Assembly: GCA_937872175.1 (NCBI GenBank)
Contig: CALMPI010000019.1
Coordinates: 53,651 to 117,650 of the forward strand
Origin: an uncultured Flavobacteriales bacterium
Lineage (GTDB): Bacteria; Bacteroidota; Bacteroidia; Flavobacteriales_F; PHOS-HE28
Reading direction: 5' to 3'
DNA: 64,000 nucleotides
Both the position numbers and the translations under genes were made by a program. Below the pieces are notes generated by a model. It was not told the DNA's origin. It did no database searches and was given only the letters and a program-made list of their open reading frames with translations. This document shows, piece after piece, positions 1 to 8,590 of this stretch. The stretch's first letter is position 1. Each line of letters opens with the position of its first letter.

Positions 1-3000
1 TACCTGGCGGGGGACTTCACTACCTGCAACGGCACACCTGTGGAGTATCTCGTACGCATGCTCGGCACGGGTGGACCGGACCCCAATTTCAATGATGGCA
101 CGGGTTCCAATGCCGAAGTGTATTCCTTGGCGCTGCTCACGGATGGGCGCTTGCTGGTCGGCGGCGCGCTCACCAGCTACGACGGCATCGCCAGCTCCGG
201 CATCGCCCGGGTGATGGACGGTGGCCTGGCCATAACAGCCCTCAGCAGCACCGGCCCCTTCACCCCGCCCGCGGCCCTCACGGTGGACTACGCCGCGTAT
301 TGTGCCTTCGGCGCGGGCAACACCTTCAGCGTGGAACTCAGCGATGCCAGCGGCAGCTTCGCCAGCCCCACGGTGATCGGCACGGTGAACAGCACCGCAA
401 GCGGCAGCATCGCCTGCACGATCCCGGGTGGAACACCGGCGGGCACGGGCTACCGCGTGCGCGTTACCAGCAGCTCGCCCTCGCAGCTCAGCGCGGACAA
501 CGGTGTGGACATCGAGATCCAGGCGCCTTATCCCACGCCGCCCGGCAGCGGTATCGCTTTGGATCTTGACGGAGTGAATGACAAGGTGATCGTACCCGAT
601 GATCCTTCCTTGGATAACACGAGCACACTTACGCTGGAGACCTGGGTGCTTTTCCATTCACTGTCACCGGGATCAGCAAGCACACAGCGGAGGTCGATTA
701 TCAATAAGTACTATTCTTCAGGCGGGTTTGGCGGACCCGATCGGAACAGCTACTTCATCCACGAAGGAAATGGAGCACTGAATTTCGGGGTTGCTGCACC
801 TGGAACGGATGTCTTTGCGATCAGTTACCCGGGGCACGGTTTCACTACTGAGAAGTGGTATCATGTCGCGGGCACGTTCGATAACGGCTTACTCAAACTT
901 TACATCGACGGGACTGAGGTATTGAGCGGTAATGCGCCATTCACGACCATCGCGAACGGTTCGGAGAATCTGAAATTGGGGGATTGGTACAAGGACTATG
1001 ACCCGAACTACAGCACTTTCCACGGTCGCATGGACGAGGTCCGCATCTGGCGAGCGGCGCTCACCCAATCCGAGATCCGCGACCACCTCTGCAAGAAGGA
1101 CCTCAGCGCCCACCCGCAGCTGGCCAACCTCGCGGCCTACTACCGCTTCGATGACGGCAGCGGCACGGTGCTGCAGGACATCAGCGGCAACGGCAACCAC
1201 GGCACGCTCACCAACATGGATCCCGGTACGGACTGGGTGACCAGCGGTGCGCCCATCGGCGACCTCAGTGCACACACCTACGGTGGCGGCAGCATCACCC
1301 TCACCGATGGCACCAGCTTCACCGCGGACAGCTACACCGGCAGCCCGGCGGCCGTGCATGTGTACAAGGTGAACGAGGCGCCGAACGATGTGAGCCTGCC
1401 GAACTACTTCGGCAGTTTGGAGACGAGTGAGTACTACGGCGTGCATGTGATCGGCGGCAGCGCCCCGACCTACACCGGAGCGCTGGACTACAGCGCCAAC
1501 GCGAACATCGAGGGCCAGCCCAACGAGGCCAGCGCACGCCTGGCCCGCCGCGCCAACAACGCGGCCGGCGCCTTCGCGGACTTCGGCCCGCAGGGCAGCG
1601 ACAACACGGCCAACACGCTCACGGCCACCAACCAGACCGGCACCGAGTACATCGCGGGCTTCAGCAGCTTGCCGCCCTATCCCACGCCGCCCGGCAGCGG
1701 CGTGGCGCTGGACTTTGATGGGGTGAATGATCGGGTCGTGCTACCAAGCACAACTGCACTGACGAATACGGCATATACGTACGAAGCCTGGATCCAACGA
1801 AATGAACTCCCTGCCATTCCTGCAGACGGAGAGACGATCTGGGACGGAGTGTTCTCTCCCGGGAACTCGTTCACTCATGTGGAGCTGAGCCAAGGTGGGA
1901 CATTGCGCTACCTCCATCGTGTGCCGGCAGGTGCGGCCGGTGGTGTGGATATTTATTCCAGTACCAATATGACCGATGGGACATGGCACCATATCGCTGC
2001 AGTATATGGGGATGATGGGCTGCTTCGCATTTACATCGATGGCAACCTGGAAGCCACCTCGGTAACCACTGCTCCAGCGATCAATGCACCGTTCTCCGGT
2101 TTGCTGGGAATGAACAACAACAACATCAGGCATTTCATTGGCCATATGGATGAGGTACGTCTATGGAGCGTAGCCCTCACCCAATCCGAGATCCGCGACC
2201 ACCTCTGCAAGAAGGACCTCAGTGCCCACCCGCAGCTGGCCAACCTCGCCGCCTACTACCGCTTCGATGACGGCAGCGGCACCCTGCTGCAGGACATCAG
2301 CGGCAACGGAAACCACGGTACGCTCACCAACATGGATCCCGGCACGGACTGGGTCACAAGCGGTGCGCCCATCGGCGACTTGAGCGCGCACACCTACGGC
2401 GGCAGCAGCATCACCCTCACCGATGGCACCAGCTTCACGGCGGATACCTACACCGGCAGCCCGGCGGCCGTGCATGTGTACAAGGTGAACGAGGCGCCGA
2501 ACAACGTGAGCCTGCCGAACTACTTCGGCAGTTTGGAAACGAGTGAGTACTACGGCGTGCATGTGATCGGTGGCACCGCACCCACCTACACCGGAACGCT
2601 GGACTACAGCGCCAACGCGAACATCGAGGGGCAGCCCAACGAAGGAGCCGCTCGCCTCGCCAGTCGCGCGGACAATGCGGCTGGGGCTTTTACGGATGTG
2701 GCTATTCAATCGCTAAGCACCACAGCGAACACCATCGTGGTGCCAGGTCAGACGGGTACGGAGTACGTCCCTGGGTTCCTCGACCTGCCACCATACCCCT
2801 ATCCTCCAGGTAGCGGTATGGCACTTGACTTTGATGGCGTGGATGATCGCGTTCAAGCGGCGTCCTCCTTGGCATTCGAGCGGACGCAGCCCTTCAGCAT
2901 CGAATGCTGGACGCGTTTCGTAGCGCTTGACGGACGCTTGATATCCAACCTGGACATGTCAGGCAACCTGACAGGATACGAGCTGATCGAGAACAACGGC

Positions 3001-6000
3001 GAGCTCGGGTTCTACTTGGTGAACAGCTTTGCGGGGAACAACTACTTATTCGCGAAGGCCACCACTGCAACTCCGCTCAGTACTTGGACGCACATCGCTG
3101 TCACCTATGATGGATCGTCCAATGCCAATGGTGTCACCTTCTACGTGAATGGTGTAGCACTGCCCACCACGGTGGTGACCAACACCTTGTCCGCTTCTAC
3201 GCTCAATGCTGGACCGTTCTGTATCGGTGCACGGAACAACAATACCCAGCATTTCGATGGCCGTATGGACGAGATCCGCATCTGGTCCGTTGCGTTGTCG
3301 CAGACGGAGATCCGCGACCACCTGTGCAAGAAAGACCTCAGTGGACATCCGCAACTGGGAAACCTGGACGCCTACTACCGCTTGGATGACGGAAGCGGGG
3401 ACCTGGTACAGGACATCAGTGGAAACGGCAACCACGCCACCCTCACCAACATGGACGCCGGCACCGACTGGGTCACCAGTGGCGCACCATTGGGCGACCT
3501 GAGCGCGCACACTTACAGCGGCAGCGCGGTCACCTTGACCGACGGCACCAGCTTCACGGCGGACAATTTCTTCGGGACCGTGACAGCCGCACACGTGTAC
3601 AAGGTGAACGAGGCACCGAACGTCTTGACCGCACCTGCGGGCCTGAGCAGCTTGCTCACGACCAGTTACCACGGTGTGTTCTTCGTGGGCGATCCAGGCT
3701 CCAACTACCGTGCGCTGTACGACTATGCGAACGAGGCCGCCATCAATGGCACGCCTGGTGAGCGCCAGGTCCGGAGCGCATCGCGCGTGGGTAACGCCGA
3801 TCCCGTGTGGGGGACACCGACCGGTTGGGCACAGACCAACGTGACCGAGAATTGGATCAGCTCCCCAAAGCGGTCCGAGAGTATCACGGAATACATCCCG
3901 GGCTTCGATACGGAGATCTATCCTGAACCACCCGGGTCCGGCAACTGCCTGTGGTTCGATGGGGTCGACAATTATGTGAATGCAGGCTTGCTGGAGTGGA
4001 GCCTGGAGAACGAGCCGAGGATCTCATTCTGGATGAGGCCCTCCGGAGGAGGCTCGTACCCGCAAACCATTGTTCGTGTGGGCCCGCAGATCAAGTTGCA
4101 GCGCACGAGTTCCACCACCTTGCAGCTGACCGGGACAGGCGGTTCGGCCTCTTTCTCGAGTGGACCTACCGGATGGGTCCATGTTTCTCTCGTCTTCCAA
4201 CCTCAATCGGGAAACCTCAGGATCTATCTCAACGGTCTCACGGTATCCGGGTCTACCGTGGGACTCACGCCAACGGGCAGTGGTGCGATCCGGATCGGAG
4301 CGAACTCCGGCAACGAGTTCCTCCGGGGACATATCGACGAGTTCAAGGTCTACGAGCAGCAGCTCAACTCGCTGACCGTGCTGCGCGAACACATGTGCAG
4401 CAAGACCCCGGACGATGATCCCTGGATCATTTCCACAGCATTGCCCCGTCGCTACTACCGTTTCGACGAAGCGCCTGGAGCTCCGGCCACCTCGAAGAAC
4501 CTGGTGGGATGGCCTGATGCGCAGACCGCGGATCTCATTGGATTCGACCTGACCGCGGATCGTCATGTCTCCGGTGCGCCCTTGGGCGATACGAGCACCT
4601 ATACATACACGAGCACGTCGCTGGCGCTCCTGGACGGCACGTCCTTCAACCTAAGTTCCATCGTTGATGGCGGAACCGGTGGTTCCTTCATCTACAAGGT
4701 GAACGAAGCACCGAACGATGTCACGGTACCTTCAGGGTTCAGCGCAATAGAACCGTCCGCATACTACGGTGTGTACATCGATGGCGCCGTGCAACCCGGA
4801 TTCAATGCCCAGTTGAACTACACGACCAACAACGGGATCGACGGCCAGCCTGATGAAGGGAATGTCCGCCTTCTCTACCGGCTTGGCAATTCCACAGGAG
4901 CGTTCCAGGACTTGGCACCCCAAACCACGAATGCGGCTGCCAACACGATCGATGCGCCTGGGCAGACCCATGCACCGAACCGCATGGTGGTGGAGTACAT
5001 CCCGGGCTTCATCAACCTCACCGAGCTCCAGTTCCAGGCCCCGCTGAGCGCCTCTGTGGCCGAGACCATCGGCAGTACGGACCTCACGCTGGAGATCGCC
5101 AGTCCCAGCGGCAGCAACGCCGCCAGCGTGGACGTGGTGCTGCTGAGCGGGGATGCCGCGCGCATCGGCAACTACAGCACCCAGACGGTGAACTGGCCCG
5201 CCGGTGATGCCACCACCAAGACGGTGACCATCACCGTGACGGACAACGCCGCCTGCGATGGCGACGAGGTACTGGTCTTCGAACTGCAGAACGCCAGTGG
5301 CGGCACCAACGCGGCCGTGGGCAGCAACAATCAGTTCACCCTCACCGTGACCGACGAGGATGCGCTGGTGGATACCGACAGCGATGGCACGGCCGATTGC
5401 GATGACGGTTGCCCCAACGACCCCAACAAGACCTGGGAGGGCATCTGCGGATGCGGCAACCCCGATGTGGACAGCGATGGAGACAGCGTGATGGACTGCC
5501 TCGACGGCTGTCCCAACGACCCGCTCAAGTTCGCACCGGGCATCTGTGGTTGCGGCATCCCCGATGTCGATACCGACGGCGATGCCATCGTGGACTGCCT
5601 CGATGGCTGTCCCCTCGATCCCAACAAGACCGACCCGGGCATCTGCGGCTGCGGCAGCGCCGAGCCAGGCGCCGCCTGCGACGATGGCAACCCGCTCACG
5701 ATCAACGATGCCGTGAACTCCAGTTGCCAGTGCTTGGGCACGCCGGTGGATTGCGCAGGTGTCCCCTTCGGTACGGGATACCCCGGCACCCCATGTGACG
5801 ACGGTGACCCCAGCACGATCAACGACACGTGGGACAACAGCTGCACCTGCACGGGTACGCCCACCACCTGCCCATTGAACAACGTGGAGCTGGTGCTCCA
5901 GACCGATGCCAACGGGGCGGAGACCAGCTGGGAGCTGATCCCGCTGGGTGGTGGTGTCGCCGTTTGCTCGGGATCCGGGTATGCCGGCAGCAGCACCCTC

Positions 6001-7182
6001 ACTCTGCCGTGCTGCCTGGACGACGGCTGCTACCAACTGATGGTGTACGATGCCATGGGCGATGGCCTTTGCTGCGCGTTCGGCAACGGGGGGTATGTGC
6101 TGCGGCTGGCCAATGGGGACCGCATCATCGACAATGCGGCGGACGGCGCGTTCAGCACCACCAGCACGCTGCCCAACGGCAACGGATTCTGCCTGCCACT
6201 AGGGACGGATGGCCTGGTGCCCTGGCATTGCGACGTGGAGACCTGGCTGCCCGGCGACTTCATCCAAGCCCAGCCCAACCCGGCCGTGCAAGCCGAGTAC
6301 GGCACGGGCACGCAGGCGGATGATGGCTACCAGTTCTGGCTCTTCGACCCGGATGGCACCTACAACCGCCGGGTGTTCTACAGCCACGCCAACGCGAGCT
6401 ACCTCTTCCCCGCCGGCCCCGACCGCTGCAGCTACCTGCGCTTCTCGAACCTGACCACCCTGCCCATCCCCAACGACCTCCTGCTGAACGTGCGGGTCCG
6501 CAGCCGGGTGAACGGGATCTACGCGGAGTTCGGTCCGGCCTGCCGGTTCAAGATCGACGTGGCCGGTCAATGCCCGCAGACCCAGCTGGTGGATGATCTG
6601 AACGCCCCCACCTATTCGTGCGGTGTCATCCGCAGTTTCGGAGGCAGTGACAAGATCTTCGCCGAACCGGTCGGTGGCGCGGACCGCTATCGGTTCCGCT
6701 TCGAGCACGCCGGGTCGGGCTTTGTGCGCACCATCGCCACACCTTCAGCCGGGCTGCAGCTTCGGTGGTTGACGTTGCCGCTCCAGGATGGTCTCACCTA
6801 CGACGTCACCGTGGCCATCAGTTTCGACCAGGGGGCCAGCTATTGCCCCTATGGGCCGGCCTGCCCGGTCTCGATCGACAACACGCCCGGTGCCGCAGCG
6901 CGCATGGCTCCCGGTCAGGAAGGAGGTTTCCGGATCTGGCCGAACCCCAACCCCGGGGACCTGCTGTACCTGTCCCTCCACGAGCTGCCCGTCGGTTCCG
7001 CAGGAGTGGGCCTGGAGATCTTCGACAGCTTCGGCAAGCTTGTGGTGAGCCGTACCATCGCCACGCAGGAAGGCACGTTGAACACCGTGATCGCCCTGGA
7101 CAGGGAACTGGCAGCCGGCCTCTATCTGGTGAACATCACCGCCGGTGACAGGACCCTGGCCCAGCGCCTGGTGATCCAGTAA
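1..7182 (+). CDS. Giant secreted adhesin-like T9SS substrate, 5-prime partial (reading frame is open from base 1). It has 3-4 LamG/concanavalin-like jelly-roll units, three thrombospondin type-3-like Ca-binding repeats (DxDxDGxxDCxDxCP), a Cys-rich conserved pre-CTD module and a Por-type T9SS C-terminal sorting domain.
   Basis: No stop codon in frame 1 from base 1. Repeated LamG-like blocks each end in ...HGRMDEVRIW...LTQSEIRDHLCKKDL. TSP3-like repeats are DTDSDGTADCDDGCPNDPNK. The C-terminus ...RIWPNPNPGDLLYL...LYLVNITAGDRTLAQRLVIQ is typical of Por_Secre_tail. Confidence 0.85.
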   Translation, partial: YLAGDFTTCNGTPVEYLVRMLGTGGPDPNFNDGTGSNAEVYSLALLTDGRLLVGGALTSYDGIASSGIARVMDGGLAITALSSTGPFTPPAALTVDYAAYCAFGAGNTFSVELSDASGSFASPTVIGTVNSTASGSIACTIPGGTPAGTGYRVRVTSSSPSQLSADNGVDIEIQAPYPTPPGSGIALDLDGVNDKVIVPDDPSLDNTSTLTLETWVLFHSLSPGSASTQRRSIINKYYSSGGFGGPDRNSYFIHEGNGALNFGVAAPGTDVFAISYPGHGFTTEKWYHVAGTFDNGLLKLYIDGTEVLSGNAPFTTIANGSENLKLGDWYKDYDPNYSTFHGRMDEVRIWRAALTQSEIRDHLCKKDLSAHPQLANLAAYYRFDDGSGTVLQDISGNGNHGTLTNMDPGTDWVTSGAPIGDLSAHTYGGGSITLTDGTSFTADSYTGSPAAVHVYKVNEAPNDVSLPNYFGSLETSEYYGVHVIGGSAPTYTGALDYSANANIEGQPNEASARLARRANNAAGAFADFGPQGSDNTANTLTATNQTGTEYIAGFSSLPPYPTPPGSGVALDFDGVNDRVVLPSTTALTNTAYTYEAWIQRNELPAIPADGETIWDGVFSPGNSFTHVELSQGGTLRYLHRVPAGAAGGVDIYSSTNMTDGTWHHIAAVYGDDGLLRIYIDGNLEATSVTTAPAINAPFSGLLGMNNNNIRHFIGHMDEVRLWSVALTQSEIRDHLCKKDLSAHPQLANLAAYYRFDDGSGTLLQDISGNGNHGTLTNMDPGTDWVTSGAPIGDLSAHTYGGSSITLTDGTSFTADTYTGSPAAVHVYKVNEAPNNVSLPNYFGSLETSEYYGVHVIGGTAPTYTGTLDYSANANIEGQPNEGAARLASRADNAAGAFTDVAIQSLSTTANTIVVPGQTGTEYVPGFLDLPPYPYPPGSGMALDFDGVDDRVQAASSLAFERTQPFSIECWTRFVALDGRLISNLDMSGNLTGYELIENNGELGFYLVNSFAGNNYLFAKATTATPLSTWTHIAVTYDGSSNANGVTFYVNGVALPTTVVTNTLSASTLNAGPFCIGARNNNTQHFDGRMDEIRIWSVALSQTEIRDHLCKKDLSGHPQLGNLDAYYRLDDGSGDLVQDISGNGNHATLTNMDAGTDWVTSGAPLGDLSAHTYSGSAVTLTDGTSFTADNFFGTVTAAHVYKVNEAPNVLTAPAGLSSLLTTSYHGVFFVGDPGSNYRALYDYANEAAINGTPGERQVRSASRVGNADPVWGTPTGWAQTNVTENWISSPKRSESITEYIPGFDTEIYPEPPGSGNCLWFDGVDNYVNAGLLEWSLENEPRISFWMRPSGGGSYPQTIVRVGPQIKLQRTSSTTLQLTGTGGSASFSSGPTGWVHVSLVFQPQSGNLRIYLNGLTVSGSTVGLTPTGSGAIRIGANSGNEFLRGHIDEFKVYEQQLNSLTVLREHMCSKTPDDDPWIISTALPRRYYRFDEAPGAPATSKNLVGWPDAQTADLIGFDLTADRHVSGAPLGDTSTYTYTSTSLALLDGTSFNLSSIVDGGTGGSFIYKVNEAPNDVTVPSGFSAIEPSAYYGVYIDGAVQPGFNAQLNYTTNNGIDGQPDEGNVRLLYRLGNSTGAFQDLAPQTTNAAANTIDAPGQTHAPNRMVVEYIPGFINLTELQFQAPLSASVAETIGSTDLTLEIASPSGSNAASVDVVLLSGDAARIGNYSTQTVNWPAGDATTKTVTITVTDNAACDGDEVLVFELQNASGGTNAAVGSNNQFTLTVTDEDALVDTDSDGTADCDDGCPNDPNKTWEGICGCGNPDVDSDGDSVMDCLDGCPNDPLKFAPGICGCGIPDVDTDGDAIVDCLDGCPLDPNKTDPGICGCGSAEPGAACDDGNPLTINDAVNSSCQCLGTPVDCAGVPFGTGYPGTPCDDGDPSTINDTWDNSCTCTGTPTTCPLNNVELVLQTDANGAETSWELIPLGGGVAVCSGSGYAGSSTLTLPCCLDDGCYQLMVYDAMGDGLCCAFGNGGYVLRLANGDRIIDNAADGAFSTTSTLPNGNGFCLPLGTDGLVPWHCDVETWLPGDFIQAQPNPAVQAEYGTGTQADDGYQFWLFDPDGTYNRRVFYSHANASYLFPAGPDRCSYLRFSNLTTLPIPNDLLLNVRVRSRVNGIYAEFGPACRFKIDVAGQCPQTQLVDDLNAPTYSCGVIRSFGGSDKIFAEPVGGADRYRFRFEHAGSGFVRTIATPSAGLQLRWLTLPLQDGLTYDVTVAISFDQGASYCPYGPACPVSIDNTPGAAARMAPGQEGGFRIWPNPNPGDLLYLSLHELPVGSAGVGLEIFDSFGKLVVSRTIATQEGTLNTVIALDRELAAGLYLVNITAGDRTLAQRLVIQ
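526..3910 (+). repeat. Three tandem repeat units of about 1.14 kb each inside the giant adhesin gene (LamG unit plus conserved linker). Units 1 and 2 share long near-identical stretches at DNA level, for example around 1061-1450 versus 2179-2570.
   Basis: Near-identical DNA and protein blocks (LTQSEIRDHLCKKDLSAHPQLANLAAYYRFDDGSGT...VYKVNEAPN...) recur at roughly 1.14-kb spacing. Confidence 0.7.
5350..5650 (+). repeat. Three tandem thrombospondin type-3-like repeats (in-frame, coding) inside the giant adhesin.
   Basis: DTDSDGTADCDDGCPNDPNK, DVDSDGDSVMDCLDGCPNDPLK and DVDTDGDAIVDCLDGCPLDPNK, each followed by GICGCG. Confidence 0.6.
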
Positions 7183-7204
7183 GCGAGCGCCCTCTTGAAC
7201 AACG

Positions 7205-7238
7205 GACCCTCCGGCCCTGCCGGAGGGTCTTGTTCATT
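7205..7238 (+). terminator. Rho-independent terminator downstream of the adhesin gene.
   Basis: Stem gaccctccgg / ccggagggtc with loop ccctg, followed by ttgttcatt. Confidence 0.7.
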
Positions 7239-7244
7239 ACACCA

Positions 7245-7287
7245 CCTCCCCCTCCAGGTGGTGCTCCCGCGCCGCCGTGATCCGCAC
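7245..7287. repeat. Direct repeat copy 1 (43 bp, perfect). It is a non-coding duplicate of the 3-prime end of rimO.
   Basis: cctccccctccaggtggtgctcccgcgccgccgtgatccgcac is identical to 8599-8641. On the minus strand it would encode ...VRITAAREHHLEGE, but here it is intergenic. Confidence 0.85.
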
Positions 7288-7300
7288 AGGAGGGAGCCCG

Positions 7301-8482
7301 CTATCGCTGTTCGGGCATCGCCCGGCGCATGAAGGCATCGAAGAGCGGAACGGTGAAGGCGGTGTCACCATGACTGGGGCTCCATATCATGCCCTTGTTG
7401 ATGAGGCTTGCGCGCCGAGGGCCGAGGGAAGTGACCTCCACGCCGAGCTGTTCGGCGATATCGCCCGAGCGGTGCGGACCTGGGCCCAATTCGGCCATGG
7501 CCCTCAGGTATCGCTTTTCGGCCGGGGTCAAGCGATCGAACCGCACGCGGAAAAAAGACTCATCCAATGCTGCGATGGTGCTTGCCGTAGCCCGGATCAC
7601 ATCGTCCCTGCTAATGGGCGAGCGTTCGGCGACATCCCAGGCGTGCTTGCCCCATTCCTGAACGAAATACGGGTAGCCTTCGGTCTTCTGGAAGATCAGG
7701 TCCAACGCCCGGTCCTCAATGGCAGCACCTTGCTCCTCCACAGGCAGCCGGATCGCCTTGAACGCATCCTTGCGGGGCAGCGGGCCCACTTCGGGGAAGT
7801 CGAACAGTCGCTCGGCATAGGACTTCGCTTCGCCCATGCGGCCGCGTAGCTGAGGGAGACCGGCCCCGACCAACAACACCGGCAGACGCCGCTGCGCGGT
7901 GCGGTGCATGGCGGTGATCAGCGCGGCCAGTTGGTCCTCGGGGACATACTGCAGTTCATCGATGAACAGGACCACCGCCACCCCACCTTGGTGAGCCGCC
8001 TTTCCCAATGCCTCCAGCAAAGCCTGCAGGTCATGCTCCAGATCACCATTGTCCGCCAGACCGGGTTCCGGCTCTTGGTCGAAGCCAACTTCGATATCCC
8101 CGTACTTGACCTTCAGCGCCCTGGCGAACCCCGCCAGCCCGCGCAACGCACGCTGGGCCAGGTCACGGGCTTTCTCCATCCGGGACAGCTTCAGCAATGC
8201 CTGCCGAAGCTGAGGTGCCAGGATCGCCGGTAATGAACGGCCTTCGGGTGCCTCGATGCGAAGCGCCAGATCACCTTCCGCCTCGGCGAGATCCCGCATC
8301 CGGTCCAGAAGCACCGTTTTCCCTACGCCACGCAGGCCCACGAGCATGAGGCTCTTGGACGGATTGCCCAATCGCGTGCGAGCGATCGCGATGCGAACGG
8401 CCTCCAGCAGATCATCTCGTCCAACCAACTCTGGTGGCTGCGTTCCGGCACCCGGCGCGAACGGATTGCGAATGGGGTCCAT
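7301..8482 (-). CDS. AAA-type ATP-binding protein (Arch_ATPase / AAA_16-like P-loop NTPase with C-terminal winged-helix DUF234-like region). Standalone gene inside the repeat-bounded insertion.
   Basis: Walker A LVGLRGVGKT and Walker B VAVVLFIDELQ. The C-terminal ~90 aa is HTH-like. It has its own AT-rich promoter. Confidence 0.8.
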   Translation of the reverse strand: MDPIRNPFAPGAGTQPPELVGRDDLLEAVRIAIARTRLGNPSKSLMLVGLRGVGKTVLLDRMRDLAEAEGDLALRIEAPEGRSLPAILAPQLRQALLKLSRMEKARDLAQRALRGLAGFARALKVKYGDIEVGFDQEPEPGLADNGDLEHDLQALLEALGKAAHQGGVAVVLFIDELQYVPEDQLAALITAMHRTAQRRLPVLLVGAGLPQLRGRMGEAKSYAERLFDFPEVGPLPRKDAFKAIRLPVEEQGAAIEDRALDLIFQKTEGYPYFVQEWGKHAWDVAERSPISRDDVIRATASTIAALDESFFRVRFDRLTPAEKRYLRAMAELGPGPHRSGDIAEQLGVEVTSLGPRRASLINKGMIWSPSHGDTAFTVPLFDAFMRRAMPEQR

Positions 8483-8485
8483 GGT

Positions 8486-8537
8486 CCAAATATACTAATA
8501 TTACCTCAGTTTATAACAATTAGATAAAGTGAGGTAA
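8486..8537 (-). promoter_or_regulatory. Promoter and operator of the ATPase gene. A Bacteroidetes -7 box TATATTTG lies 5 nt upstream of the ATG, and an 8-bp inverted repeat TTACCTCA-N21-TGAGGTAA overlaps the -33 region.
   Basis: Read on the minus strand: ...ctaattgttataaactgaggtaatattagTATATTTGgaccATG. The IR is at 8501-8508 and 8530-8537. The segment is strikingly AT-rich compared with its surroundings. Confidence 0.5.
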
Positions 8538-8590
8538 GATCGATACATTCATTCCGTTCGTGACCGCTCCCACCTGATGGGCCCTCACAC

